Shown piece by piece: positions 1 through 8,948 of a stretch of 64,000 nucleotides of DNA. Below the pieces are notes generated by a model. The model did no database searches, was not told the DNA's origin, and saw only the letters and a program-made list of their open reading frames with translations. The stretch is from Francisellaceae bacterium (GTDB taxonomy: Bacteria; Pseudomonadota; Gammaproteobacteria; UBA6186; Azoamicaceae). Where the stretch lies: assembly GCA_018703155.1 (NCBI GenBank), contig JABJGS010000074.1, positions 11,878 through 75,877 on the forward strand, written 5' to 3'. Position 1 is the first letter of the stretch, and every line of letters starts with the position of its first letter. The position numbers and the translations under genes were made by a program.

Positions 1-60
1 TAGTCTATTTTGACCAGCTAGTTGGGTGCGTTGGTCAACATTTTCTAAAACTCCGGACAT
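1..60 (-). CDS. CheV-like chemotaxis protein, first 20 codons only (gene runs off the left edge)
   Basis: The reverse complement of 1-60 reads MSGVLENVDQRTQLAGQNRL. As I recall, this DQRTxLxGxNRL-type N-terminus is typical of CheV. Only 20 aa are visible. Confidence 0.35.
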   Translation of the reverse strand, partial: MSGVLENVDQRTQLAGQNRL

Positions 61-129
61 AAACTTAACCCATTTACAGATTCTCAAATAAGGTTAGTAT
101 ATTAATGGGACAAATTGTTTTAAGTGTAT

Positions 130-858
130 TTAAGCATCCTCTAATTCTTTAATTTCATCAGATGAGCAAAAATAGTATTCTCCAGAGGTAAGGGAGGAGG
201 GGATTGAAGTAGGTCCGTATTGGTATCGATGTAGTTCAATAACTTTATAGCCAAGCCACTCCCATATTCGCCTAATTTCTCTATTTTTTCCTTGATGTAG
301 ACAAACATCAAATGACGAAGAATTTTTTGTGGTGCTAACTTTCGTTATGCTAGTAAATCGTAATAGTTCGCCCTGGTCACTTATACCTTCTTTAGCTTGT
401 AATAAATCTGTAGGCTTAGGATGATCTTGTACAGTAACAGTATAGTGCCGTGGAAGATTACTTTTAGGGTGCATGAGTTTATGAGCCAGATCACCAGAAT
501 TAGTTATTAAGAGTAATCCACTGGTATCTACATCTAGTCGACCAACCAGTATCCACTTTCCTTGTGTGAGTACAGGGAGATAATCAAATACTGTTTGTTT
601 ATGACCCTGAGAGTTTGTTGAACAAATAACGCCAGGGGGCTTATGAAAAACCAGTACTTGTGTATTGGTAGCTTCCCATGATATCTCTATAAGTGTATTG
701 TCAATGGCAATGACATCGGTAGCACAAATCTGCATGCCTAATGTAGCACTAGCGTTATTCACACTAATACGTCCTTCTTTAATAAGGGATTCTATACCAC
801 GTCTTGAGCCAAAACCATTCTTGGCAAGGACCTTTTGGATCCTATCGGAATTTATCAT
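130..858 (-). CDS. rluB: 23S rRNA pseudouridine synthase, RluB/RsuA family
   Basis: It has an N-terminal S4-like motif (RIQKVLAKNGFGSRRGIESLIKEGRISVN) and the catalytic VGRLDVDTSGLLLITNSGDLAHKLMHP motif. It lies downstream of scpA-scpB, as in many gammaproteobacteria. Confidence 0.85.
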   Translation of the reverse strand: MINSDRIQKVLAKNGFGSRRGIESLIKEGRISVNNASATLGMQICATDVIAIDNTLIEISWEATNTQVLVFHKPPGVICSTNSQGHKQTVFDYLPVLTQGKWILVGRLDVDTSGLLLITNSGDLAHKLMHPKSNLPRHYTVTVQDHPKPTDLLQAKEGISDQGELLRFTSITKVSTTKNSSSFDVCLHQGKNREIRRIWEWLGYKVIELHRYQYGPTSIPSSLTSGEYYFCSSDEIKELEDA

Positions 859-2039
859 AAATTATCTATCTGGGTATCTTCTAATTCTAATAGTTCACTT
901 TCATTTTTAGTATTATCTGTGAAGTCTACAATTTCATCATCAAGAGTATCATTATTGTCTTCATCTAGTTTATCTTGCTCATCATTAGAATCATCTTGTT
1001 TATCTATATTTATATTATCTGTGAAGTCTACAATTTCATCATCAAGAGTATCATTATTGTCTTCATCTAGTTTATCTTGCTCATCACTAGAATCATGTTG
1101 TTTATCTAGATTTATATTATTTGTTAAGTCTTCTACTTCATTATCAAGAGTATGATTATTATATTCATTTAGTTGATCTTGCTCATCACTAGAATCATCT
1201 TGTTTATCTAGATTTATATTATCTGTTAAGTCTTCAACTTCATTATCAAGAGTATCATTATTGTCTTCATCTAATTTATCTTGCTCATCTTCCTCTTCAT
1301 CATCAAGAATATCATTATTGTATTCATCTAGTTTATCTTGCTCATCACTAGAATCTTTTTCATTGTAATGAATATTTTCAATACTCGAACTATCATTTGG
1401 TTCCGTTTCCTCTTCATCATACACAGAGCTAGATTGTATGCTTTGCTCAGTTATTTCTAATTGAAGCTCTTTTTGTTTCGGGGTATTGAGATCCATTATT
1501 TCTTTGTCAAAAGATTGCAATATTTCTGATACGGCAGGCAGTTGATCCAAGCTGTTTAAGCCAAAATAATCAAGAAACTCCTTAGTGGTTGCATAGATTC
1601 CAGGCCTGCCAGGAACATCTCTATGTCCAATAATTCTGATCCAGCCTCGTTCCTCTTGTAGAGTTTTAAATATAGAACTACTAACACTAACACCGCGTAT
1701 CTCTTCTATGTTACCGCGAGTCACTGGTTGGCGATAAGCAATAATTGCAAGAGTTTCAAGTAGAGCTTTTGAATACTTTGGTACTTTTTCTTCCCATAAC
1801 TTTTGGATCCAAGGAGAAAACTCTGATTTGGCAATTAGGGTATAGCCAGTAGCCAATTCAATTAATTCAAAACCACGTTCGGTACAGCTCATCTCTATGG
1901 TATGCATGGCTTCACGAAATTCACTTAAACTTGGTTTTTCTTCCTCGTTAAATACAGACAAGATTTTTGCTTCAGTGAGAGGTGTGTGTGCTGCAAGTAT
2001 CAATGCCTCAATTAATTTAGGTAATTGTTCATTGTTCAT
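855..2039 (-). CDS. scpB: Segregation and condensation protein B with a ~200-aa acidic tandem-repeat C-terminal extension
   Basis: The N-terminal ~190 aa are ScpB-like (LIEALILAAHTPL..., IAYRQPVTRGNIEEIRGV, WIRIIGHRDVPGRPGIYATT). Its start overlaps the scpA stop. The C-terminus is made of D/E/N-rich 34-aa repeats. Confidence 0.85.
   Translation of the reverse strand: MNNEQLPKLIEALILAAHTPLTEAKILSVFNEEEKPSLSEFREAMHTIEMSCTERGFELIELATGYTLIAKSEFSPWIQKLWEEKVPKYSKALLETLAIIAYRQPVTRGNIEEIRGVSVSSSIFKTLQEERGWIRIIGHRDVPGRPGIYATTKEFLDYFGLNSLDQLPAVSEILQSFDKEIMDLNTPKQKELQLEITEQSIQSSSVYDEEETEPNDSSSIENIHYNEKDSSDEQDKLDEYNNDILDDEEEDEQDKLDEDNNDTLDNEVEDLTDNINLDKQDDSSDEQDQLNEYNNHTLDNEVEDLTNNINLDKQHDSSDEQDKLDEDNNDTLDDEIVDFTDNINIDKQDDSNDEQDKLDEDNNDTLDDEIVDFTDNTKNESELLELEDTQIDNL
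905..1355. repeat. Tandem 102-bp repeats (about 4.5 copies) in frame inside the scpB 3' half
   Basis: The unit tattatctgtgaagtctacaatttcatcatcaagagtatcattattgtcttcatctagtttatcttgctcatca... recurs at about 911, 1013, 1115 and 1217, plus a partial copy. It encodes 34-aa units such as DSSDEQDKLDEDNNDTLDDEIVDFTDNINIDKQD. Confidence 0.9.
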
Positions 2040-2872
2040 TGGGTTAACCTCACATAAATAGGTGCATATGGTTCGCTTTGAATTAATTCCAAGTTGCAGT
2101 CTCTAACTAGTTCTAAGATAGCAATGAATGTTACTATAAGACCAGCTCTGCCTTCACTTTTGTAGAAGAAGCAAGAAAACTCCATAAACTTATCTGTTTC
2201 TAGTGTGGATAAAATTATTGTCATTCGCTCGCGAACTGAAAGAGCTTCCCTTTCTATGCTATGTTTTGAATTTAAATCTAAGCGTTTGATGACATCTTTA
2301 AAAGCCATTAGTAAATCAGGGAAGTCTAATTCTGGCATTTGTGCTGGTATGTTAGATTCTGGTTGAGCTATAGACCCTGGAAATATATCACGTTCTTTTC
2401 TTGGCAAAGCATCAATATCTTGTGCTGCCAGCTTCATTTGTTCATATTCTTGAAGTTTTTGCGCTAGCCTGGCTCTGGGGTCTTCTTCTTCTTCTAATTC
2501 AACTTTATTCCGTGGCAGTAACATTCTAGATTTTATTTCAGTTAACACCGCGGCCATTTCTAAATAATCAGCTATAACTTCTATTTTCACAAACTGCATT
2601 ATTTCAATATATGCTAGGTATTGCTTGGTAATTACTGCTACAGGAATATCTAAAATATCTAAGTTATGTTTTCTAATTAAGTACAATAATAGGTCTAAGG
2701 GGCCTTCAAATACTTCCAAGAATACTTCCAGAGCATCAGGTGGTATATAAAGATCTTTGGGAACTTCACATACCCATTCATCTAAAATTCTAGCAATAGC
2801 ATTCTCAGGAGCTGAGTCTGCATTTGGTTCTAAAGTTTCTTGGTCCTGGTGTGCGCATTCAAGCTCATTCAC
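2036..2872 (-). CDS. scpA: Segregation and condensation protein A
   Basis: It shows ScpA family features (FEGPLDLLLYLIRKHNLDILDIPVAVITKQY) and 4-nt overlap coupling to scpB. Confidence 0.9.
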   Translation of the reverse strand: MNELECAHQDQETLEPNADSAPENAIARILDEWVCEVPKDLYIPPDALEVFLEVFEGPLDLLLYLIRKHNLDILDIPVAVITKQYLAYIEIMQFVKIEVIADYLEMAAVLTEIKSRMLLPRNKVELEEEEDPRARLAQKLQEYEQMKLAAQDIDALPRKERDIFPGSIAQPESNIPAQMPELDFPDLLMAFKDVIKRLDLNSKHSIEREALSVRERMTIILSTLETDKFMEFSCFFYKSEGRAGLIVTFIAILELVRDCNLELIQSEPYAPIYVRLTQ

Positions 2873-4086
2873 TAAAGTAACCCCATAGATTCTTTAATAT
2901 CATTAATTGTAATTTTAGCTTCATTTCTTGCTGCATGAGCACCTTCGTCTAGGATATTGTTGATGAGAGTTTTATCATTTTCTAAATCTTTAACTCGCTC
3001 TCGTATAGGCACTTGTTCAGCATCGATTTCATCAGCAAGGCATTTTTTGCAATCTACACAACCTATGTTAGCACTCTTGCATCCCAATTGCACCCAATTT
3101 TTTGTTTCCTCATTAGAATATACATCATGCAAATTCCATACAGGACATTTGTTTGGATCACCTGGGTCTGTACGTTTAATTCGTGCAGGATCAGTTGGCA
3201 TAACCTTTATTTTTGACCAAATGGAGTCCGTAGATTCGCCTAAACCAATGGTATTATTATAAGACTTAGACATTTTTTGGCCGTCAATACCACATATTTT
3301 GGCTGATTTTGTAAGTATTGCTTCTGGCTCTATTAATATAGTTTTGCCGGTTCCATCTAGAAAAGCTTTTAAATGTTCTTGTTCCGTAAGAGTAAGATGG
3401 CCAAGCTCATCCAGCATAGCTTTTCCTTTTAGTAGCGCTTCTTTGTTGCCTTGCTCTTGATATTGCTTCATGAAATTACGAAAGACTTTAGCATTTTTCT
3501 TGCCAAGCTTACCTGAAATTATTTTGTCACTAACTTCATGAAAATCAGCACCACGTCCATAAATATGATTAAATCGGCGTGCTATTTCACGCATTAATTC
3601 AATATGTGCGACTTGATCTTCACCAACAGGAACCAGGCTTGCTCGGTAAAGGAGGACGTCTGCGCTTTGTAGCACTGGATAACCAAGGAAGCCATATGTA
3701 GATAGATCGCGATTTTTCAATTTTTCCTGTTGATCCTTGTAAGTAGGAACTCTTTCTAACCAGCTTAAAGGTGTCATCATAGATAATAATAAGTGTAGCT
3801 CTGCATGCTCAGGAACTCTAGACTGAATGAATATTTTACAGTCTTTTGGGTTTAATCCTGCGGCTAACCAATCAACTGCAAGGTCTTCACAATATTGCTT
3901 TATTTTCCTTGGGTCTTCATAGTCAGTCGTTAGGGCATGAAAGTCAGCAATAAAAAAGAAACATTCGTATTTATGCTGTAAATGAAGCCATTGTTTCAAT
4001 GCTCCATGGTAGTTACCTAAGTGAATCTTGCCTGTTGGCCTCATTCCTGAGACAACTTTCTGGCTCTTTTTATTTATATGTGTCAT
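2872..4086 (-). CDS. trpS: Tryptophan--tRNA ligase (long form, Cys-rich C-terminal module)
   Basis: It has a class I HIGH-type motif (GKIHLGNYHG), KMSKS, and TrpRS-like blocks (GEDQVAHIEL). The C-terminal module carries CPVW...GCKSANIGCVDCKKC. Confidence 0.93.
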   Translation of the reverse strand: MTHINKKSQKVVSGMRPTGKIHLGNYHGALKQWLHLQHKYECFFFIADFHALTTDYEDPRKIKQYCEDLAVDWLAAGLNPKDCKIFIQSRVPEHAELHLLLSMMTPLSWLERVPTYKDQQEKLKNRDLSTYGFLGYPVLQSADVLLYRASLVPVGEDQVAHIELMREIARRFNHIYGRGADFHEVSDKIISGKLGKKNAKVFRNFMKQYQEQGNKEALLKGKAMLDELGHLTLTEQEHLKAFLDGTGKTILIEPEAILTKSAKICGIDGQKMSKSYNNTIGLGESTDSIWSKIKVMPTDPARIKRTDPGDPNKCPVWNLHDVYSNEETKNWVQLGCKSANIGCVDCKKCLADEIDAEQVPIRERVKDLENDKTLINNILDEGAHAARNEAKITINDIKESMGLL

Positions 4087-4200
4087 ATGTATACCAAATA
4101 TCTCATACTATTTTTTGTTGCTATTCGTTGTGTTGGGTGGACACAAAGGTCTATAATCTTTCACTCTGATATATTGTAATGCAAATGCCTTGGAGAATAT

Positions 4201-4761
4201 ATGGGTTTTATGTTTGATTTCTTGCCAATTATTCTGTTCTTCATTACTTTCAAAGTCTGGGGCATTTATGCTGCCACAGCTGCTGCTATGCTGGCAACGC
4301 TTTTTCAGTTATTTTGGTCAAAATTTAGGCATGGCAAAGTTAAAAAGACTTTTTGGATTTCATTTGTTGCTATTTTTGTTTTAGGCGGGGCGACATTAAT
4401 ATTTAAGAATGAAATTTTTATTAAGTGGAAGCCAACGATAGTGTATATGGCATTAGCTATAGCCATGGTTGTAAGCCCAATGGTGACAGATAAAACTTTG
4501 TTACAACACCTCAGTAATTTAGATAATAAAAATGCCCTGGACCTTCCTGAATTGGCTTGGAAGAGATTAAATTATTACTGGGCGATATTCAGCGTAGTTA
4601 TGGCGTCAACTAACCTGTATGTGGTATATAATTTTGACACTCAAACGTGGAATAATTTCAAACTATTTGGGATATTGGGAGCCACCTTGTTGTTTGTTAT
4701 AATGCAGGCTATGTTAATGGTGAAATGGTCGAAACCAGAGAAGAGTGAGGATTTATCTTAG
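4201..4761 (+). CDS. yciB: Intracellular septation protein A (YciB family inner membrane protein)
   Basis: The N-terminus (MFDFLPIILFFITFK), five hydrophobic segments and a length of ~180 aa fit YciB. Confidence 0.85.
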   Translation: MGFMFDFLPIILFFITFKVWGIYAATAAAMLATLFQLFWSKFRHGKVKKTFWISFVAIFVLGGATLIFKNEIFIKWKPTIVYMALAIAMVVSPMVTDKTLLQHLSNLDNKNALDLPELAWKRLNYYWAIFSVVMASTNLYVVYNFDTQTWNNFKLFGILGATLLFVIMQAMLMVKWSKPEKSEDLS

Positions 4762-5075
4762 TGACTGATAATATAAATAAAAAAAGAACCGACCTAATTT
4801 TAAAAAAGCTTACAAATTCACTTCAGCCGGATAAGATTAATGTTATAGATGATTCCGCAGCTCATGCAGGGCATGCTTCAGCCAAGGAGCATGGTGGAGG
4901 ACATTTTAAATTACATATTGTCTCTGAGTTATTTGAGGACAAGACTGAGCTAGAGCGACATCGTATGATTTATGCCGTACTAGGTGACACCATTGGGCAG
5001 GAAATTCATGCCCTATCAATTAGAGCTTTAACCCCAACTGAAACCAAAATATCATCAACAGAGTTGAAAGAGTAG
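4761..5075 (+). CDS. BolA family protein
   Basis: It has a BolA-like core (DDSAAHAGHA...GHFKLHIVSELFEDKTELERHRMIYAVL...IHALSIRALTP). The start is GTG, overlapping the yciB stop. Confidence 0.8.
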   Translation: MTDNINKKRTDLILKKLTNSLQPDKINVIDDSAAHAGHASAKEHGGGHFKLHIVSELFEDKTELERHRMIYAVLGDTIGQEIHALSIRALTPTETKISSTELKE

Positions 5076-5081
5076 TAGCCT

Positions 5082-5972
5082 ATGCTTGTATTGAAATTAG
5101 CTTTATATGCTCTTGTATTTATTGCTGGTTTTTCATTTATACAGGTGCTATTTGCCTTTTTGCTATTATATCTTGAGAGTAGTCTAAATACACACATAAC
5201 AAAACCAATTACTAGTAAACCAACCACAGTTAAAATGGTAGGGTTGTTTTTCTTTGAATGGATATTTAAATTATTTTTGAAGCTTGTCTCATACCCGATA
5301 TTATTTTTGAATTCAAAAGCAAAGCATGTTGCACATTCAAAAAGCTGTATAATTTTGCTTCATGGTTACAGTCGTAATGCTGTTGATTGGCTATGGTTTA
5401 AAAAACATTTGCAGGCGAATGGCAAAGACATAATGGCATTAACACTTCCTCTAGTCACTAGAGATTTGCAAACTTCAGCGAAAGATTTAAGTGCAGAATT
5501 GCATAAATTAAAAGCCCAGCATGGTTATGAAGAATTCATTTTAATTGGTCATTCTATGGGGGGGGTGATTGCAAGCTTAGCAGTTGAAACCTCTCCGCAC
5601 TTGAAAGAAATTGTAAGTAAAGTTATTGCGTTGGGTAGCCCATTTCATGGCACTAAGATATCTGTTTTTGGGGTTGGATTTACAGCAACTCAGCTTTTAC
5701 CTAATTCTTCAGTATTAAATAATTTACGTTCATTAATGACAATTTCTAATACAGACTATTACTGTGTAGTAACAAATTGCGATCATATGATTCTTCCCTG
5801 GGATTCTGCTATTGTCGATAACATATCCTATGATGTTGTTGAGGATATTGGACACTTGCAGCTAATATATAGCAAAGTGGTATTGGAGCTAGTTGAGGCT
5901 AATATTAACCTCAACCAGGGTACAATTAATAACGAATGTTTAGATTCGGACAAAGACGCTAGCTTTAACTAA
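5082..5972 (+). CDS. Alpha/beta hydrolase (lipase/esterase-like) with N-terminal membrane anchor
   Basis: It has the GHSMGG nucleophile elbow, an upstream LLHGY oxyanion-type motif, and two N-terminal hydrophobic helices. Confidence 0.7.
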   Translation: MLVLKLALYALVFIAGFSFIQVLFAFLLLYLESSLNTHITKPITSKPTTVKMVGLFFFEWIFKLFLKLVSYPILFLNSKAKHVAHSKSCIILLHGYSRNAVDWLWFKKHLQANGKDIMALTLPLVTRDLQTSAKDLSAELHKLKAQHGYEEFILIGHSMGGVIASLAVETSPHLKEIVSKVIALGSPFHGTKISVFGVGFTATQLLPNSSVLNNLRSLMTISNTDYYCVVTNCDHMILPWDSAIVDNISYDVVEDIGHLQLIYSKVVLELVEANINLNQGTINNECLDSDKDASFN

Positions 5973-7151
5973 AGCGCCTGATGATATGGTTTCTCCAGGA
6001 ACAAACCCTTTTTCCTTATATCCAGCTTGAATATTTGCATGGAAGTCTTTAGTTATTGCGTAATTTAAAGTTGTACTTAGCATCCACCCTGTTCTTTCTT
6101 TGGATAGAGCTGCCGTAGTTGCATCTAATTCTGGTTGGCGCCAAACATGTGCCCCAGCGTCTAGAGAAAATAGTTTGTTTGAGTAAATTTTTCTTATCTT
6201 TAGGCCTAGACCACTACCTTTTTTGTCACCAGTTTTTCCGTATCGAACTGTGAATACATAGTTTCTGCCATAGCTATCTTTTATAAAGTTATTGAGATGA
6301 TATTCAGGTCCCCAAGGTGCTAAATATAATGCCATTGCTGGTAGATATTTTGCGCCAGAGATATCAATGCATGGCAGGTCCCAGTTTCTTTCCCCTGAAT
6401 CAATATAGTTGCCTACGGAGTACAAGCCGTACCATATAAATGGGTTAAGATAGTTTACCAAGTTCTTTTTTCTTAAACTGCTAGCGGTGAGGACGTTACG
6501 ACCATTCCAGTCATTAATTTCGCTTATATAACCAGTAACATCATGACCAGGGTTATTCGCTGTAGAATCATTTTTAGTTGAGTCGATATAATGGATAATA
6601 TCGTATGATGATTGAACCGATAGCATTGCATCACTACTGCTGACACTTCCATGCTCGAACCAATCATTGTAAATATTAGTTGCTAGCAATGTGGTAGATT
6701 CCATTCCACCGGCAGATATGGCTGCTCGTTTTGGTAATGTTCTAGCATTGTATGCGGCAGAACTAAACATGGCAGCACCAGAGAAAATATTAATGTTATA
6801 TGAAATATTTTTAATTCCTACATCACGTAGCCTGCCACCATGACCAAAATATTCATGCTGTGCAATCATAGAGTAAGAAGCCACAGGGTAATCGAAGAAC
6901 AGAACTCTTGATGCTCTAGCAAAAGTTGCCAAAGTAGGGTTTTCAATATTTATATTTTTAGATATTTGGTAATCAGCTAAAGAATATAATCTATAGGCAG
7001 AGGTTATGTTATTTGCTCCAGCTTTAGCTAGCATATTTCTTTGATACATAAAATTGTATTCAAATGCTGAAGAGTTTGTTTTGGCTTGTAGAGCTGAGCA
7101 ACCCAAAATAGAGGCTATAGCCAGAATGCCTTGAGTCAATTTATTAGACAT
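5940..7151 (-). CDS. Secreted or outer-membrane-associated protein of unknown function
   Basis: It is a 403-aa ORF with an N-terminal signal peptide (GILAIASILGCSALQA). The C-terminal third has alternating beta-strand-like character. No family was recognised. Confidence 0.5.
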   Translation of the reverse strand: MSNKLTQGILAIASILGCSALQAKTNSSAFEYNFMYQRNMLAKAGANNITSAYRLYSLADYQISKNINIENPTLATFARASRVLFFDYPVASYSMIAQHEYFGHGGRLRDVGIKNISYNINIFSGAAMFSSAAYNARTLPKRAAISAGGMESTTLLATNIYNDWFEHGSVSSSDAMLSVQSSYDIIHYIDSTKNDSTANNPGHDVTGYISEINDWNGRNVLTASSLRKKNLVNYLNPFIWYGLYSVGNYIDSGERNWDLPCIDISGAKYLPAMALYLAPWGPEYHLNNFIKDSYGRNYVFTVRYGKTGDKKGSGLGLKIRKIYSNKLFSLDAGAHVWRQPELDATTAALSKERTGWMLSTTLNYAITKDFHANIQAGYKEKGFVPGETISSGALVKASVFVRI

Positions 7152-7293
7152 TGTAAATTCCTTAATATAATACCTTATTTAACCGCGCATTCTACATTAA
7201 GAGTGGTAAGAGTACCATTATATAGTTGACATAGTTATTATGCTTGCTAAGCTTAAGATGTAAAATATTCCTTTTTAAGACCTAGAGCAAAAT

Positions 7294-8199
7294 ATGATTG
7301 AGCATGGAATAAATAATAATCACATATTGTACGGCAAGATGCTAGATTTGTTCGTAAAGTTACAAAGTAACTTAGATATTGATGAAACTATTCTTGTTCT
7401 TTATAATTTCACGTGTTCTCAAATGCCAATAGCTGCACTTAATTATCTCAATAATGAATTAAAGAAAGATGTGATGTTTGGGAGCAAAACTAATAATGTC
7501 TATCGATATGACTTAGAGCTAAAAGAATTATATTTGGGCTCACTTGAATTGTGTTCGATATCCCCTTTAAATAATACTCAAGTAGAAGAGCTAAATACTG
7601 TAGTCCATACTGTATTGCAGACAATAAAAAATTCTATTGATTATAGCATAGCTGTATCAAATTCAATGATTGATCACCTCACCCAAGTTAATAATAGAAA
7701 CTCTTTGGAACAAGATTTGTTGCATGTAATTAGTTTAAAGAAAAGAAGGGAAAGTAGTAGCACATTACTACTTTTTGATTTAGATAAATTCAAGCAAGTT
7801 AATGATCAGCTTGGTCATCTAGTCGGGGATGAACTTTTGGTTAACATTAGCAATATGCTGAAGTCGGTAGCTAGAGAAAGCGATATTATTTATAGATATG
7901 GTGGTGATGAATTTGTAATTCTGTTAAAGGAAACCAGTTTGTCTGGTGCTTTACAGTTAGCCGAAAGAATAAGAGAGTCTATAAATTGTGTTTTGGAACA
8001 ATATAATAAAAAGCTCAAGGATAGCATTGTATCTGTTAGTGTTGGGTTGTCAGAAATAGGAGCAGATGATGATGTAGTCAGTCTGTTTGATAGGGTTGAT
8101 AATGCTTTATATCGTGCAAAACGAGATGGTGGCAATCAAGTTGTTGAGTCAAAAAATAGTATTATAAAGCCAAAAGACTCTCATGATAAAACCGCTTAG
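7294..8199 (+). CDS. Diguanylate cyclase (GGDEF domain) with uncharacterised N-terminal domain
   Basis: The A-site reads RYGGDEFVILL, and an RxxD I-site (RESD) lies five residues upstream. FKQVNDQLGHLVGDELL is typical of GGDEF domains. Confidence 0.85.
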   Translation: MIEHGINNNHILYGKMLDLFVKLQSNLDIDETILVLYNFTCSQMPIAALNYLNNELKKDVMFGSKTNNVYRYDLELKELYLGSLELCSISPLNNTQVEELNTVVHTVLQTIKNSIDYSIAVSNSMIDHLTQVNNRNSLEQDLLHVISLKKRRESSSTLLLFDLDKFKQVNDQLGHLVGDELLVNISNMLKSVARESDIIYRYGGDEFVILLKETSLSGALQLAERIRESINCVLEQYNKKLKDSIVSVSVGLSEIGADDDVVSLFDRVDNALYRAKRDGGNQVVESKNSIIKPKDSHDKTA

Positions 8200-8906
8200 G
8201 CAGGCTCTAATTTTGTTTCACATTGATGTGTGAAGATTTCCATTAAGATATCTTTAGCAATTTTTTCACCTGTTTGTTCTGGAGTTTTTATGCCAGGAAA
8301 GCCCTTTCGGTATAATGCAGAATTAATTGGACCAGGTTGTAATTTTGTGATTTTCAAATTCATAGAATTTTTGTGTTCATTTTTCAATATAGACATTAGT
8401 TGTTCAATTCCAGCATTAGCAACACCAAGAGCGCCGATATAATTTTTGCAGATGTTATCTATGACCGGATAAATAATTTGGGGTGAATGGCTTAGTTGTA
8501 ATATTGGCAATATTGCTTGGATGAGCATAAATACAGCATTCAGGTTAATTTGTAATACTTCATACCACTTCTGAACATTATAATGGGCAATAGGTGAAAA
8601 ACTGCCCCATGTCGCAGCGAGATTAATGAAAGCATTTAAATGTTGATATTCTTGCTGGATTACTTGGGCTAGATTTTCATAATCATCTGGTGTTGCAGAT
8701 AGAAAATCAAACTGCATTATATGTACGGAATTATTTGGCTGTATACAAGCATCATAGAGTAAATTAAGTTCATCTATGTTTCTTCCCATGATAATGAGAT
8801 TTGCATTATGTTTTGCAAGTTGCTGACAAGTATGGCGACCAATTTCACCAGTTGACCCGCTTACTAAAAACACTTTACCTTCCAGGTTGCTATCTTGGTT
8901 GAGCAT
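8196..8906 (-). CDS. YciK-like short-chain dehydrogenase/reductase family protein, catalytic residues apparently lost
   Basis: It has a Rossmann motif (VSGSTGEIGR) and a YciK-like block (VLQINLNAVFMLIQAILPIL). The expected S...YxxxK reads P/V...LGVAN. Confidence 0.75.
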   Translation of the reverse strand: MLNQDSNLEGKVFLVSGSTGEIGRHTCQQLAKHNANLIIMGRNIDELNLLYDACIQPNNSVHIMQFDFLSATPDDYENLAQVIQQEYQHLNAFINLAATWGSFSPIAHYNVQKWYEVLQINLNAVFMLIQAILPILQLSHSPQIIYPVIDNICKNYIGALGVANAGIEQLMSILKNEHKNSMNLKITKLQPGPINSALYRKGFPGIKTPEQTGEKIAKDILMEIFTHQCETKLEPA

Positions 8907-8948
8907 GATAATATTAACTTAAATCAATTCGAGAACTATTATTCTAAC

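Noticed and set aside
835-1155. 106-aa plus-strand ORF (S/L-rich, repetitive)
   Set aside because: It is the antisense reading of the scpB acidic repeats. Its low-complexity composition is an artefact of the repeat.
905-1355. Regularly spaced ~100-bp repeats that could be mistaken for a CRISPR-like or satellite array
   Set aside because: The units are directly tandem with no unique spacers, they are a multiple of 3 (102 bp), and they lie in frame inside scpB encoding acidic 34-aa repeats. This is a coding minisatellite, not CRISPR.
6840-6857. HEYFGH in the 403-aa secreted protein as a zinc-metalloprotease HExxH motif
   Set aside because: The spacing is HExxxH, not HExxH, so the canonical zincin motif is not present.
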